From Aliivibrio fischeri ES114 (lineage in GTDB: Bacteria > Pseudomonadota > Gammaproteobacteria > Enterobacterales > Vibrionaceae), in NCBI RefSeq assembly GCF_000011805.1, contig NC_006840.2: a stretch of DNA of 32,000 nt; one strand, written 5' to 3'. A model generated the notes under the pieces. That model saw only the letters and a list, made by a program, of their open reading frames with translations. It made no database searches and had not been told where the DNA came from. Shown here one piece after another: positions 1 through 11,185 of the stretch (within the stretch, counting starts at the first letter, position 1; each line of letters opens with the position of its first letter). Position numbers and translations under genes: made by a program.

Positions 1-786
1 CATTGAGCCAGCATATAACTGAACCGATAGGGCAGCAATGATAGCTAAAATAGAAATTTGGATATGACGTTTATTAAATGTAGGCTCTACTGATGTTGGG
101 GCTAACTCAGAGTTATCAACTTCGGCATACGTTCTTGGTTTACGGTATGAAATAAATACGGCGATTAATAAGCCGACAACCATGCCAAGTGCTGGTAAAG
201 CCATTGCTAGTGGTACTTGGCTTGCAAGTACATCTAAATGGTTGTCATGTAGGTTTTTAAGCAGGATATTATTCAAGAAGATACCGCCAAAACCGACAGG
301 TAAAATCATATAAGGTGTCACTAAACCAAAAGTAAGAACACAAGCAACTAAACGACGATCAAGTTTTAGTTTATTAAAAACTTGAAGTAGTGGCGGGATC
401 AAAATTGGAATAAAGGCAATATGAACTGGCACTACGTTTTGAGATGAAATCGTAACGAGAAGTATCAAGCATAATAGTAAATATTTTACACCGGTTGCGG
501 CGTGGATATTTTCTTTACCATTTATACGTTTAATCACACTGTGAGCAAGCAAATCAGTAACGCCTGATTTTGAAATAGCAACTGCAAAAGCGCCAAGCAT
601 AGCGTAACTTAATGCAATAGTTGCACCGCCACCTAGGCCACCTTCGAAAGCTGAAATGGTTTCAGATAATGATAATCCACCTACTAATCCACCGATTAGT
701 GCGCTAAATGTTAAGGCAACAACAACGTTAACTCTAAGCAAAGCAAGGATAAGCATAACTGAAACAGAAAGAATGATTGGATTCAT
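1..786 (-). CDS. Na+/H+ antiporter family protein / putative amino-acid permease (YuiF-like), partial, runs off the left edge
   Basis: Reverse-strand reading frame open from the ATG at 784-786: [75 protein letters not shown]...; highly hydrophobic, typical of this transporter family. Absent from the ORF track because the 3' end lies outside the window. Confidence 0.75.
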
Positions 787-832
787 TGTGTTTAGTTCCC
801 TGTAAATTATTATGTAGTTAGCAATTAGCCAA

Positions 833-1501
833 TTAATTATTATTAGTATCGTTTTCTGGTTCTGGCATTACAGGCCAGCCACCAAGATCTTTCCATTTAT
901 TCACAATACGACAGAATAGTTCTGCCGTCTTTTCTGTATCATAAAGAGCTGAATGAGCTTCTTTACCATCAAAATCCATTCCTGCCGTTTTACATGCCTT
1001 TGCCAATACAGTTTGACCAAGTGCTAGGCCACTGATTGCCGCTGTATCAAAGGTGCAAAATGGATGGAAAGGAATGCGTTTTAATTTTGTTCGTGCCGCT
1101 GCTTCCATAACAAAGCTATGGTCAAAATGAGCGTTATGAGCAACCATTATTGCACGTTGGCAATCGTGTTGTTTTTGTTCTTTACGGACAAGTTTGAAGA
1201 TTTCTTTTAATGCAACGTCTTCAGTGACAGCACCACGTAATGGGCTAAATGGGTCACGTATACCATTAAATTCAAGTGCTTCTTTTTCAATATTAGCACC
1301 TTCAAAAGGAGTGACATGGAAGTGGATGGTGGTAGCAGGTTTTAAATTACCTTGCTCATCCATAGCGAGAGTAACAGCACAAATCTCAAGTAATGCATCA
1401 GTTTTAGCATTAAAACCTGCTGTTTCAACATCAATAACTACAGGAAAATAGCCACGAAAACGGTTTTTTAATAAATTGTGTTGTTCTACTTCAGTCATCA
1501 T
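833..1501 (-). CDS. rnt: Ribonuclease T (DEDD exonuclease)
   Basis: ORF protein contains the exonuclease motifs [21 protein letters not shown] and [14 protein letters not shown]; full-length match to remembered RNase T organisation. Confidence 0.95.
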
Positions 1502-1687
1502 TCGGTACGTAAGAAAATGTTATGACCATTATTGCAGATTATCCGTAGCATAAAAACTGTAAATAAGGTGTGATAGAGATATATTTATTAGTATCTAACT
1601 GAAATTGGCAAGTTGTAAGTAATTATTGGTCTAATTATTGCTTTATTAATAGCATCGTCAACGGCATGACCCATAGATTTAGGTATT

Positions 1688-2566
1688 ATGAAAAAAATAT
1701 TTGTTACATCTGCTTTATTAGTGAGCTTTTTGATTGCTACTCCTGTATTAGCAAATAAGAATTATGTCGCTAAGCCAGAGCAATCGAAGTGGACGATGTT
1801 AGAAAACTCGCCTTTAGAGTGTCGTTTGTCTCATAACATTCCTAATTATGGTAGTGCACAGTTTTCATCTTATGCAAATAAGAAGATGAATCTGGATTTT
1901 GAATTAAAAATGAACCGCCCAATGGGTGAAACTCGTGCTGTTAATCTTGTGTCTATGCCTGCTCGCTGGATGCCGGGTGATGGTGCAGAAAGTATGTTGA
2001 ATTTAAAGTTCTTTAAACAATTTGATGGCTATGTTGGTGGTCCAACAGCTTGGTCTATGCTTGCTGAACTTGAAAGTGGTCGATTCCCAACATTTACTTA
2101 TGCTGATTGGCAAAGTCCTAAGCAAATGATTGAAGTGGCGTTATCACCCGTTTTATTTCAAGAGCAATATAATGTGTTCAGTATGTGTATTGCTAACTTA
2201 TTGCCATACAGTTTTGAAGACATCTCATTCACTATTTTGCATTTTGATAAAAACAGTGATGAATTAAATAAGGCATCAAAAAAACGTTTGTCACAAATTG
2301 CTGATTTTATTAAATACACTAAAGATGTGGATTTAGTGTTGGTAGCAACTTATACCGACTCTAGTGGTGGTAAAAATGTGAACCAACAAGTGTCAGAAAG
2401 ACGTGCGTTAAAATTACAAAATTACTTTGAGTCAATTGGTTTACCTGCTGATCGTATTCGTGTTCATTCGTATGGTGAACGTCGTCCAATTGCAGATAAC
2501 GCAACACCGATTGGTAAGAATAAAAACCGTCGTGTTGTCATTTCTCTAGGACGAACAATTATCTAA
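1688..2566 (+). CDS. motY: Sodium-type flagellar motor protein MotY
   Basis: Signal peptide, MotY N-terminal domain and C-terminal OmpA-like peptidoglycan-binding domain ([25 protein letters not shown]...[48 protein letters not shown]). Confidence 0.93.
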   Translation: MKKIFVTSALLVSFLIATPVLANKNYVAKPEQSKWTMLENSPLECRLSHNIPNYGSAQFSSYANKKMNLDFELKMNRPMGETRAVNLVSMPARWMPGDGAESMLNLKFFKQFDGYVGGPTAWSMLAELESGRFPTFTYADWQSPKQMIEVALSPVLFQEQYNVFSMCIANLLPYSFEDISFTILHFDKNSDELNKASKKRLSQIADFIKYTKDVDLVLVATYTDSSGGKNVNQQVSERRALKLQNYFESIGLPADRIRVHSYGERRPIADNATPIGKNKNRRVVISLGRTII

Positions 2567-2589
2567 TTATTCGTTTTAACATCATCATA

Positions 2590-2618
2590 AAAAGACGCCT
2601 CATAGTAGGCGTCTTTTT
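2590..2618. terminator. Bidirectional Rho-independent terminator between convergent motY and the 2618..3052 ORF
   Basis: AAAAAGACGCCT-CATAGT-AGGCGTCTTTTTT: perfect GC-rich stem with A-tract and T-tract on opposite sides. Confidence 0.85.
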
Positions 2619-3052
2619 TATTGTAATTTGAAACTGGCGATTAACTCGCATTGAACTGTAGTATCAATATGTTGTATATGTCGAGCAATTGATGGGTTAG
2701 GGTGGCGCTTCATAAAATCCAATAATGCACTCTTGCAACAACCCAAATTATCAACGAAAGATTCACACTCAGTATGTGGGCATTGAGGGACGAGTGTTAA
2801 TATTTTTTCTGATGCGAGTTCAAGGTATTTTAGTTCAAAACGGCTGTCGTTTTGGCTTCTCCAAAATTGAGCCAGATTATGACAAGAAATAACGGATATG
2901 GTTATTTGGTCATTTAAACTGGCTTCATTTCTCTTTATCAGTTCTTCTGAAATAGCAAAGGCTTGCTGATAATGAAGAATGGTTCGCCATGGATCCTCAT
3001 TCTTAAAAGCTTGTTCAGCTAATAATGTATGTTTTTCCCATAATTCAATCAT
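2618..3052 (-). CDS. Conserved Vibrionaceae protein, DUF2753-like
   Basis: ORF of 144 aa (MIELWEKHTLLAEQAFKNEDPWRTILHYQQAFAISEEL...) with tetratricopeptide-like helical pattern; the DUF assignment is from memory. Confidence 0.6.
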   Translation of the reverse strand: MIELWEKHTLLAEQAFKNEDPWRTILHYQQAFAISEELIKRNEASLNDQITISVISCHNLAQFWRSQNDSRFELKYLELASEKILTLVPQCPHTECESFVDNLGCCKSALLDFMKRHPNPSIARHIQHIDTTVQCELIASFKLQ

Positions 3053-3136
3053 AGTTAAGCCTCAATTAGTTTATTAAGAATTCTATTATCGAGATAAATC
3101 TAACTGAGAATTATTATCAATTAAAGTTTAATGTAT

Positions 3137-3166
3137 AAAAAAACCTGCCTAGATCGCAGGTTTTTT
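3137..3166 (-). terminator. Rho-independent terminator downstream of gloA
   Basis: AAAACCTGC-CTAGATC-GCAGGTTTT inverted repeat flanked by A/T runs, just 3' of the gloA stop on the minus strand. Confidence 0.8.
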
Positions 3167-3193
3167 ACTGTAAAGTGGATTATAAGGTATTTT

Positions 3194-3610
3194 TTAACCT
3201 TCTAATCCCGCTGATGCACTGCTGTTTTGAATTAACTCAATCATGTAACCATCAGGATCTTTTACAAAAGCAATATGTGTTGAGCCACCTTTTACAGGAC
3301 CTGCTTCGCGCGTAACATTGCCTCCTGCAGCTTTAATTGCGTCACAAGTTGCATAGATATCATCAACACCAATAGCAATGTGACCAAAAGCAGTACCCAT
3401 GTCGTATTCTTCTGTGCCCCAGTTATAGGTAAGTTCAATTACGGCACCTTGGGATTCATCACCATAGCCAAGAAAAGCCAGTGTGTATTTGTATTCTTCA
3501 TTCGTATTTTGACGAAGAAGATCCATTCCCATTACTTTGGTATAAAATTCGATGGATTTATCTAAGTTACCCACGCGGATCATAGTATGTAAAATGCGTC
3601 CATTAGCCAT
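3194..3610 (-). CDS. gloA: Lactoylglutathione lyase (glyoxalase I)
   Basis: [34 protein letters not shown]...[13 protein letters not shown]...[14 protein letters not shown]. The track ORF extends to 3652, but the conserved start [10 protein letters not shown] is at 3610, which also removes the overlap with nth. Confidence 0.95.
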   Translation of the reverse strand: MANGRILHTMIRVGNLDKSIEFYTKVMGMDLLRQNTNEEYKYTLAFLGYGDESQGAVIELTYNWGTEEYDMGTAFGHIAIGVDDIYATCDAIKAAGGNVTREAGPVKGGSTHIAFVKDPDGYMIELIQNSSASAGLEG

Positions 3611-3623
3611 TGTTTTGCTCCTA

Positions 3624-4259
3624 TTAATCTTCTGTTTTTTCTTTGAATTCACATAAATCTTCGATCATACAGCTACCACAACGAGGTTTGCGAGCTATAC
3701 AAGTATAACGGCCATGTAAGATTAACCAATGATGGACATCTAACTTAAACTCTTTTGGAACTACTTTTAGTAGCTTCTTCTCTACATCATTAACCGTTTT
3801 ACCCATGGCAAATTTAGTTCGATTAGATACGCGGTAAATATGTGTATCAACGGCAATGGTAGGCCAGCCAAATGCGGTATTTAATACGACATTTGCTGTT
3901 TTATGTCCAACACCTGGAAGCGCTTCTAATGCATCTTGGTCTTCAGGAATTTCTCCATCATGCAAATCAATAAGCATACGACAGGTCTTAATGACATTTT
4001 CTGCTTTCGTATTAAATAAGCCGATGGTTTTTATGTATGTTTTTAGTCCATCTACCCCTAAATCTAAAATGCTTTGTGGGGTATTTGCTACTGGATATAA
4101 TTTTCTTGTTGCCTTGTTAACACTCACGTCGGTCGCTTGCGCTGAAAGCAGCACTGCAATTAATAATTCAAATGGTGTTGACCACTCAAGTTCGGTTTGA
4201 GGATTGGGATTTTCTGAACGTAAGCGTTCTAAAATTTCTAAACGTTTTACATTATTCAT
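3624..4259 (-). CDS. nth: Endonuclease III
   Basis: HhH-GPD protein: [37 protein letters not shown] and C-terminal 4Fe-4S cysteines [17 protein letters not shown]. Confidence 0.97.
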   Translation of the reverse strand: MNNVKRLEILERLRSENPNPQTELEWSTPFELLIAVLLSAQATDVSVNKATRKLYPVANTPQSILDLGVDGLKTYIKTIGLFNTKAENVIKTCRMLIDLHDGEIPEDQDALEALPGVGHKTANVVLNTAFGWPTIAVDTHIYRVSNRTKFAMGKTVNDVEKKLLKVVPKEFKLDVHHWLILHGRYTCIARKPRCGSCMIEDLCEFKEKTED

Positions 4260-4329
4260 ACAGCAATTAAATCCTTTTCTTTTTCACGATATTTGAAGTT
4301 AACCTATGGTGTTACAGTTACAGTTACAG

Positions 4330-5013
4330 TTACGAAATACGAGCTCGCTCTATCTCTGCTTTTTCTTTAGGTTGACGATCGGCCATTTTCTTATCAATGA
4401 CGTTTTTTAAAGCAATAAGAAATCCAACGCCAAGGAATGCACCTGGAGGTAGCATAGCCAGTAGGAAGTGGCTATCAACATGGAAAAGTTCAATTCTTAG
4501 CATAGTTGCCCAATCACCAAGCAGCAGATCGGCACCATCAAACAAAGTACCGTTACCAAGGATCTCACGCATTGCGCCGAGTAAAACCAAGACCGCTGTC
4601 ATTCCCATACCCATCCATAATCCATCTAAAACGGCAGGAAGTGGGTCATTTTTTGAAGCAAATGATTCTGCTCGTCCAATGATAATGCAGTTGGTAACAA
4701 TTAGAGGAATAAATATTCCAAGAGATAAATAAAGACCATAAGCATAGGCGTTCATCAGTAATTGCACACAAGTTACTAGTGAAGCGATGATCATTACGAA
4801 TACAGGAATACGCACCTCTTGTGGTATCCACTGACGAACCAAAGAAACAATTAGGTTTGAGCCAACCAAAACTAGGATGGTAGCAATGCCTAAACCAAGT
4901 GCGTTAGTCACTGTGGCAGAAACAGCAAGTAAGGGACAAAGACCTAATAGTTGAACTAGGGCAGGGTTGTTATCCCATAAACCGTTTTTAACTAATTCTT
5001 TATGACTTGCCAT
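4330..5013 (-). CDS. rsxE: Electron transport complex subunit RsxE/RnfE
   Basis: [36 protein letters not shown]...; membrane subunit; position in the rsx/rnf cluster. Confidence 0.96.
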   Translation of the reverse strand: MASHKELVKNGLWDNNPALVQLLGLCPLLAVSATVTNALGLGIATILVLVGSNLIVSLVRQWIPQEVRIPVFVMIIASLVTCVQLLMNAYAYGLYLSLGIFIPLIVTNCIIIGRAESFASKNDPLPAVLDGLWMGMGMTAVLVLLGAMREILGNGTLFDGADLLLGDWATMLRIELFHVDSHFLLAMLPPGAFLGVGFLIALKNVIDKKMADRQPKEKAEIERARIS

Positions 5014-5645
5014 TATTTTGTCTCACAATTTAATGGAAGAGTTTGCAGCTCTTCTTGATGTGTCTTATAGAACCAAACCGCTCTTTTTACGGCTTTAACT
5101 ACCGCTCTTGGTGTGATTGTTGCGCCAGTAAATTGATCAAATTGGCCGCCATCTTTTTGTACAGCCCAATTTTTATCTTCTGCGTTTTCAACCGTTTTTC
5201 CTAAAAATCCGTCGACCCAGCGAGTTATTCGAATATCAATTTTATCACCTAGCCCTGGCGTTTCTTGGTGTGAAAGAACACGAACACCAGTGACCATTGC
5301 ATCGGAATCAACTCCAACGATGATTTTAATGTTGCCACTGTATCCATCTGGCGCTATTGCTTCAATAGCTGCTCCAGAATGTTGACCATTTAATGAGGCA
5401 AGATAAATTGGCATCGCCTGTTTTGAGCCCAAAGCATCTTTATTTTTTACAAGAACACAAGCTTTATATAGTTCATTATCATGCTGCTCTTTAGGAACAA
5501 CCTGATTGAGAACTGACAATAACTGTTGTTGTTGTTGATACGCAATTTGATCTTTAGTTAATGCATAAGTAATGGTAACTAGTGCGGTTGCTGCTATTGC
5601 AAACAGAGCCAAAACAAGGCTACTTTTTTTCATTGTGGTTAGCAT
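5013..5645 (-). CDS. rsxG: Electron transport complex subunit RsxG/RnfG (FMN-binding)
   Basis: Contains the covalent flavin attachment motif GATI/SGAT-like sequence [18 protein letters not shown]. Start [12 protein letters not shown] at 5645 is more likely than the track start at 5696, which would overlap rsxD. Confidence 0.94.
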   Translation of the reverse strand: MLTTMKKSSLVLALFAIAATALVTITYALTKDQIAYQQQQQLLSVLNQVVPKEQHDNELYKACVLVKNKDALGSKQAMPIYLASLNGQHSGAAIEAIAPDGYSGNIKIIVGVDSDAMVTGVRVLSHQETPGLGDKIDIRITRWVDGFLGKTVENAEDKNWAVQKDGGQFDQFTGATITPRAVVKAVKRAVWFYKTHQEELQTLPLNCETK

Positions 5646-5649
5646 TGTT

Positions 5650-6705
5650 TTATCCTTTAGTATGGCCGTAAGTTCTTGGTTTTGTGTAGTAATCAATTAA
5701 TGGAACGCACATATTTGCTAATAAAACAGCAAAAGCGACACCATCAGGAAAACCACCCCAAGTTCGTATGATATAAACTAAAGCACCAATGAGAGCACCG
5801 TAATATAAACGGCCTTTTGGTGTGGTTGCAGCCGAAACAGGATCGGTAGCAATAAAGAATGCCCCTAGCATGGTTGCACCAGAAAACAGATTAAATAACG
5901 GCGATGTTGCTGTATCTGGTGAGAATAAAGCAAATACGCTGCTAATAATAAATAGGCTGACTAAAAAACTAACCGGTATATGCCAGTGAGTTAGACGTTG
6001 TTGAAGAAGGAATAAACCACCTAATAAAAATCCAACGTTAACCCATAACCAACCTAAACCTGCGAAACCATTAAAAATAGGTAAGGAAAGTACTTCTGAG
6101 GTAGTAAGCCCTGATTTTAATCCTGTTTTGATCGTATCTAATGGCGTAGCCATTGTCATGCCATCAACATTCATCGTTAATTGATGAACAGAGAATCCAT
6201 CTTGGCTTAATCCATGAAATATAAGCCACAGTGAATCAAGTAAGCTAATATTTTCTGTTAGCAGCTCTTTTACTGGTAACCAAGTTGTCATTTGTACCGG
6301 GAATGAAATTAATAAGACAACATAAGCAGCCATCGCTGGGTTAAATACGTTTTGTCCTAAACCACCGTATAAGTGTTTAGCGATAACGATAGCGAAAACA
6401 ACACCGATAACGGTTACCCACCAAGGTGCGAGTGGTGGAATTGCTAATGCTAATAATAGACCAGTTAAGAGAGCGCTATTATCGCTTAGATAGGGAGCAA
6501 GAGGTCTCTTTCTGAATTTTAAAATAATCGCTTCGGATGCAATTGCGGTAAAAATAGCAATAAGCACTTGTATGATATTACCCCAACCGAAGAAGTAGGT
6601 TTGTGCTAATAAGCCAGGAATAGTTGCAAGAGCAACCATCTTCATAATGTGTTTTGTGCTCTTTTTGCTATGAGCGTGGGGTGAGCTAGTGATAAAAAAG
6701 GCCAC
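5650..6705 (-). CDS. rsxD: Electron transport complex subunit RsxD/RnfD
   Basis: Membrane protein with [24 protein letters not shown] and FMN-attachment-like segment [11 protein letters not shown]. Confidence 0.95.
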   Translation of the reverse strand: MAFFITSSPHAHSKKSTKHIMKMVALATIPGLLAQTYFFGWGNIIQVLIAIFTAIASEAIILKFRKRPLAPYLSDNSALLTGLLLALAIPPLAPWWVTVIGVVFAIVIAKHLYGGLGQNVFNPAMAAYVVLLISFPVQMTTWLPVKELLTENISLLDSLWLIFHGLSQDGFSVHQLTMNVDGMTMATPLDTIKTGLKSGLTTSEVLSLPIFNGFAGLGWLWVNVGFLLGGLFLLQQRLTHWHIPVSFLVSLFIISSVFALFSPDTATSPLFNLFSGATMLGAFFIATDPVSAATTPKGRLYYGALIGALVYIIRTWGGFPDGVAFAVLLANMCVPLIDYYTKPRTYGHTKG

Positions 6706-6707
6706 TG

Positions 6708-9191
6708 TTACTCTTCCTTCTTGTTATTTTCTTGTGCTGCTTTACGTGCTTTTGCACGAGCAATAGCGGCAGCGACGGCTGCTTTTTTTGGATCAGCAGA
6801 TTCTTCAGTGTTCTGATTCTTCTCTTCAGAGGTCACTGGCGTTTCCGTTTTCTCTTCAGCCTGTGTTGCTTTGCGTGCTTTTGCACGAGCAATAGCGGCG
6901 GCGACGGCTGCTTTTTTCGGATCAGCAGATCCTTCAGTGTTTTGATTCTTCTCTTCAGAGGTCACTGGCGTTTCCGTTTTCTCTTCAGCCTGTGCTGCTT
7001 TGCGTGCTTTTGCACGAGCAATAGCGGCGGCGACGGCTGCTTTTTTCGGATCAGCAGATCCTTCAGTGTTTTGATTCTTCTCTTCAGAGGCCACTGGCGT
7101 TTCCGTTTTCTCTTCAGCTTGCGCAGCTTTGCGTGCTTTTGCACGAGCGATAGCGGCAGCGACGGCTGCTTTTTTCGGATCAGCAGATCCTTCAGTGTTT
7201 TGATTCTTCTCTTCAGAGGTCACTGGCGTTTCCGTTTTCTCTTCAGCCTGTGCTGCTTTGCGTGCTTTTGCACGAGCAATAGCGGCGGCGACGGCTGCTT
7301 TTTTCGGATCAGCAGATCCTTCAGTGTTTTGATTCTTCTCTTCAGAGGCCACTGGCGTTTCCGTTTTCTCTTCAGCTTGCGCAGCTTTGCGTGCTTTTGC
7401 ACGAGCAATAGCGGCAGCCACGGCATCTTTTTTCTCTGATTTGTCTGAATCAGTTGCTGTGGTTTCTTCCGCAAGTTTTGCTTTTCTTTCTCTTGCTTGC
7501 TGCTTACGCTCTTCACGTAGTTTAGCCATTTCAGAGTTATCTGGTACTGAAGTCTCCGATTTTGCTGCCTCTGCTTGTTTTGCTTTTGCACGAGCAATTG
7601 CAGCAGCAACAGCCGGTTTTGGTGCAGCTACGCCAGATTCTTGAGCGGCTTTTTGTGCTTTGACACGAGCAATAGCTGCAGCGATTGCATCATCACCACC
7701 TTTATTCTCTGTCTTCATCTCTTTGCGACGGTTTTCAGCGGCTTGTTTAAATTTATTTTCACGTTCAAGTTTATCGCGTTCTAAACGTGCATTTTTTTCT
7801 TCAAAACGTAATTTTGCTCGTTCTGCAGCTAATGCATCTTGCTTACGAGAATAAATTTCTGATTTGGCTTGGCGATAATATTGAACTAGCGGTATTTCAC
7901 TTGGACAGACATAAGCACAGGCACCACACTCAATACAATCGTTAAGGTTATACTCATTACATTTGTCATAATCTTCTGATTTTGAGTACCAGTATAGCTG
8001 CTGAGGAAGTAACGATGTTGGGCAGGCATCAGCACAGCTACTGCATCGAATACAAGCCATTTCATGATTGTACAGAGGCAGTTCTTTTTTATCTGGTGTG
8101 ATAATACAGTTGGTAATTTTAGTAATTGGAACTTGCTGATGGGGTAAAGTAAAGCCCATTAATGAACCGCCCATGATGATTCGTGGGTGTTTCTTATCAG
8201 CTTTATAGCCAACTAATTCCATAAGGTAATCAATACAAGTACCTAGGCGAACCCACAGGTTACCTGGTGTTGACATGCTGTTACCTGTTAACGTGACGAT
8301 TCGCTCAATAAGAGGTTCGGCATCGCAAATAGCGCGCTTTATGGCAAATACCGTTCCGACGTTTTGAACAATGACCCCAATATCTGTTGAACGGCCATTT
8401 GCAGGTACTTCTTGCCCTGTAATTATTTTTGTCAGTTGACGAGAACCACCAGATGGATATTTGGTTGGTATGACTCGAATAATGATATTGTCATGGTCAG
8501 TAACCGCTTGGTTAAGTGCTTTTACGGCTTCTGGTTTGTTATCTTCAATGGCAATGATACATACTTTTGGTGTCAGAATGTGTTGTAGGATCTTAATACC
8601 ATCAATGATCTCTTCAGCATGCTCTCGCATTAAACGATCATCTGCAGTGATGTAGGGTTCACATTCAGCAGCGTTGATAATGAGCATTTCAGCTTTGCCA
8701 ATACCACTTTGAATCTTACGGCTAGTAGGGAAACCAGCACCACCCATTCCTGATATACCAGATTGACGGATTCTCTCGATAAGATCGATGGGATCTACTG
8801 ATGAAAAGTCATCAATTGGTGTACGATCTTCAACCCAACGATCTTCGCCATCCGATTCGATTACGATACACAGATCTGTTAATCCTGATGGATGAGCTAC
8901 GGTGCGAGGCTCAATGGCGGTAATTCTTCCTGATGTTGGTGCGTGAACAGGAACACACATAGCAATATTGCCCTGTGTTAGAGGTTGGCCTTTTAGTACG
9001 ACATCACCAACAGAGACAAGAATGTCACCTTTTCCACCAATGTGCTGTTTTAAAGGAAGAACAAGTTGAGAAGGGATCCCCGCTTGTTGAATTGCAGCCT
9101 GATTAGAGATTGTTTTATTTTCTTCAGGATGAATACCACCGTGAAAGTCCCACAGTTGGCCTTGTTTAATTTGTTCGATAATGGACAACAT
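6708..9191 (-). CDS. rsxC: Electron transport complex subunit RsxC/RnfC with long Ala/Lys/Glu-rich C-terminal repeat extension
   Basis: N-terminal [14 protein letters not shown]-type region, two ferredoxin motifs ([24 protein letters not shown]), then repeated [16 protein letters not shown] units. Confidence 0.96.
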   Translation of the reverse strand: MLSIIEQIKQGQLWDFHGGIHPEENKTISNQAAIQQAGIPSQLVLPLKQHIGGKGDILVSVGDVVLKGQPLTQGNIAMCVPVHAPTSGRITAIEPRTVAHPSGLTDLCIVIESDGEDRWVEDRTPIDDFSSVDPIDLIERIRQSGISGMGGAGFPTSRKIQSGIGKAEMLIINAAECEPYITADDRLMREHAEEIIDGIKILQHILTPKVCIIAIEDNKPEAVKALNQAVTDHDNIIIRVIPTKYPSGGSRQLTKIITGQEVPANGRSTDIGVIVQNVGTVFAIKRAICDAEPLIERIVTLTGNSMSTPGNLWVRLGTCIDYLMELVGYKADKKHPRIIMGGSLMGFTLPHQQVPITKITNCIITPDKKELPLYNHEMACIRCSSCADACPTSLLPQQLYWYSKSEDYDKCNEYNLNDCIECGACAYVCPSEIPLVQYYRQAKSEIYSRKQDALAAERAKLRFEEKNARLERDKLERENKFKQAAENRRKEMKTENKGGDDAIAAAIARVKAQKAAQESGVAAPKPAVAAAIARAKAKQAEAAKSETSVPDNSEMAKLREERKQQARERKAKLAEETTATDSDKSEKKDAVAAAIARAKARKAAQAEEKTETPVASEEKNQNTEGSADPKKAAVAAAIARAKARKAAQAEEKTETPVTSEEKNQNTEGSADPKKAAVAAAIARAKARKAAQAEEKTETPVASEEKNQNTEGSADPKKAAVAAAIARAKARKAAQAEEKTETPVTSEEKNQNTEGSADPKKAAVAAAIARAKARKATQAEEKTETPVTSEEKNQNTEESADPKKAAVAAAIARAKARKAAQENNKKEE
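6732..7367 (-). repeat. In-frame 129-bp (43-aa) tandem repeat, about 4.9 copies, within rsxC
   Basis: TTTCCGTTTTCTCTTCAGC recurs every 129 bp; translated unit KTETPV(A/T)[36 protein letters not shown]. Confidence 0.97.
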
Positions 9192-9194
9192 GTA

Positions 9195-9779
9195 TTACAG
9201 CTCCGATGATTTAGAAGGTTGGTCTGTAGAAATATTTACAACAGGGATAGTGTTTAAATCCCATTTCCAATTATCAGGTGTTGTTTTTACAGGGATCATC
9301 TCAATACAGTCCGTTGGACATGGAGCGACACATAAATCACATCCGGTACATTCCGATTCAATAACGGTATGTAAGGCTTTTGTTCCGCCAACAATGGCAT
9401 CAACAGGACAAGCCTGAATACATTTAGTACATCCAATACACATATCTTCATGAATAAAAGCGACTTTTTTAATGCTTTTTTCTTCATCGTGAGCAGAGCT
9501 AGGAACATCAACGCCCATTAGGTCTGCAAGTTTTTCGATCGTTGCCTGACCACCTGGAGGGCATTTATTTATCATATCGCCATTTGCGATAGCTTCAGCG
9601 TAGGGCTTACAGCCAGGGTAACCACATTGACCACATTGCGTCTGAGGAAGAATTGCATCGATTTGTTCGACAATAGGGTCGGACTCAACTTTAAATTTAA
9701 TTGATGCAAACCCCAGTATTAAGCCAAATACTAGGGCAAGAGCAGCAATAGCTATAACAGCAATTAAGATTGAACTCAT
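9195..9779 (-). CDS. rsxB: Electron transport complex subunit RsxB/RnfB
   Basis: [17 protein letters not shown] plus two 4Fe-4S motifs [12 protein letters not shown] and [12 protein letters not shown]. Confidence 0.97.
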   Translation of the reverse strand: MSSILIAVIAIAALALVFGLILGFASIKFKVESDPIVEQIDAILPQTQCGQCGYPGCKPYAEAIANGDMINKCPPGGQATIEKLADLMGVDVPSSAHDEEKSIKKVAFIHEDMCIGCTKCIQACPVDAIVGGTKALHTVIESECTGCDLCVAPCPTDCIEMIPVKTTPDNWKWDLNTIPVVNISTDQPSKSSEL

Positions 9780-9781
9780 GT

Positions 9782-10363
9782 TTATAATTTCACTAAACCA
9801 GTAAAGCCCATAAAGGCTAAAGACATTAAACCTGCAGTGATCATCGCAATAGAAGCACCTTTAAAAGGTAAAGGTACATCGGCAGCAGCAATTCGTTCAC
9901 GCATTGCAGAAAATAAGATAAGAACTAAAGAAAAACCAACGGCAGCACCAAAGCCATAAATAATAGATTCTACGAAATTATGATTTTCAGTGACATTTAG
10001 AAGAGCAACACCAAGAACGGCACAGTTGGTTGTAATTAATGGTAAGAAAATACCCAATACACGATACAAAGTTGGGCTTGTTTTGTGTACAACCATTTCG
10101 GTGAATTGCACCACAACTGCAATAACAAGAATAAAGCTCATTGTTCTGAGGTATTCAATACCTAGTGGAGACAAGATGTATGTTTCGACAAGATACGAAC
10201 ACACTGATGCTAAGGTAAGAACAAATGTGGTTGCTAATCCCATTCCAATAGCGCTTTCTAGTTTTTTAGACACGCCCATAAATGGGCAAAGTCCTAAGAA
10301 CTTAACTAGTACAAAGTTGTTTACTAGAACGGTACCAATAAGTAGTAAGAGATACTCAGTCAT
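9782..10363 (-). CDS. rsxA: Electron transport complex subunit RsxA/RnfA
   Basis: [42 protein letters not shown]...; hallmark RnfA sequence. Confidence 0.97.
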   Translation of the reverse strand: MTEYLLLLIGTVLVNNFVLVKFLGLCPFMGVSKKLESAIGMGLATTFVLTLASVCSYLVETYILSPLGIEYLRTMSFILVIAVVVQFTEMVVHKTSPTLYRVLGIFLPLITTNCAVLGVALLNVTENHNFVESIIYGFGAAVGFSLVLILFSAMRERIAAADVPLPFKGASIAMITAGLMSLAFMGFTGLVKL

Positions 10364-10459
10364 GCCAATGATTTTTATGATAATAGATGATCTGGTTATT
10401 ATCGGACTTTAAGCGCGTGATAACAACCTTAGAAAGAATAGGTTTTTAATATTTTAAGT

Positions 10460-10493
10460 AAAAAAAAAGCCTCGTCGTTAGACAAGGCTTTTA
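10460..10493 (-). terminator. Rho-independent terminator of the tRNA-Asn pair
   Basis: On the minus strand: AAAAGCCTTGTC-TAAC-GACGAGGCTTTTTTTTT, immediately 3' of the tRNA-Asn gene. Confidence 0.85.
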
Positions 10494-10497
10494 AAAG

Positions 10498-10573
10498 TGG
10501 CTCCTCTTGCTGGACTTGAACCAGCGACATACGGATTAACAGTCCGCCGTTCTACCAACTGAACTAAAGAGGA
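10498..10573 (-). tRNA. tRNA-Asn (anticodon GTT)
   Basis: Minus-strand TCCTCTTTAGTTCAGTTGGTAGAACGGCGGACTGTTAATCCGTATGTCGCTGGTTCAAGTCCAGCAAGAGGAGCCA: 76 nt, 7-bp acceptor stem, GTT anticodon in CGGACTGTTAATCCG, TTCAAGT T-loop, encoded CCA. Confidence 0.97.
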
Positions 10574-10632
10574 ATTAACTTTTATATAGTCACGTAATGC
10601 TTAAAAAGAGCAGTAACCTAACTATTTAAATG

Positions 10633-10708
10633 TGGCTCCCTTTGCTGGACTTGAACCAGCGACATACGGATTAACAGTCCGCCGTTCTACCGACTGAACT
10701 AAAAGGGA
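10633..10708 (-). tRNA. tRNA-Asn (anticodon GTT)
   Basis: Minus-strand TCCCTTTTAGTTCAGTCGGTAGAACGGCGGACTGTTAATCCGTATGTCGCTGGTTCAAGTCCAGCAAAGGGAGCCA; same cloverleaf body, different but fully paired acceptor stem. Confidence 0.97.
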
Positions 10709-11185
10709 ATCATTTGAAAGCGGGATATTATCTATTCTAAAAAAAACTGTCAACAGTAAAAATTGAAAAAAATGAGTTCGTTTATTTTGCGGTCAACAGA
10801 ACAATTTTGAGTAAAAAAGGATTGACATCTCTCTTAAGCTAAAGAGGATAAGGGTTGTGGGTAGTTATCCACTAAAACTGTGGATAACTATGTTAATGGA
10901 TCTTTATTAACTGTCTCTAAGCATGATTAAATATAGCTTCAGCGCTTAATAAGTAAAATGAGAAATGAGAACTGGCGACAAAAATCAATAACTTACAGCT
11001 ATTATATGTTTTACTTATCAATAGCAATGATTATTCACGATAAAAATAAAGAGTAAAGTTAAATTGATTATAAATTAATCTTTTCTGGGGAAAACTTTTC
11101 TTATTTAAGAGTTTCTATAAAAAAGGGAAGGGATTTGATAGGGTAGTGTCTTATAAAAATAAGTAGGAAAGTGGAGCAGTATAAA

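Noticed and set aside
3380-3565. Small antisense ORFs throughout (e.g. 3380, 3856, 4397, 7387, 9181, 9990, 11689, 15522, 24-26 kb)
   Set aside because: They lie opposite well-supported genes, have no recognisable domains and no convincing ribosome sites.
6732-7439. + strand 235-aa ORF ([19 protein letters not shown]...), regularly repetitive and Cys/Phe-rich, plus minus-frame Lys/Arg-rich ORFs at 6962..7144 and 7220..7609
   Set aside because: These are shadow frames of the rsxC tandem repeat. Their periodicity is entirely explained by the 129-bp unit, and the rsxC frame carries the conserved domain context.
10710-11185. Search for a LexA (SOS) box CTGT-N8-ACAG upstream of uvrB, expected from E. 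coli
   Set aside because: By eye no 16-bp match was found; ACTGTCAACAGT near 10745 has the wrong spacing. A weak or divergent box would need a matrix scan, so I make no regulatory claim.
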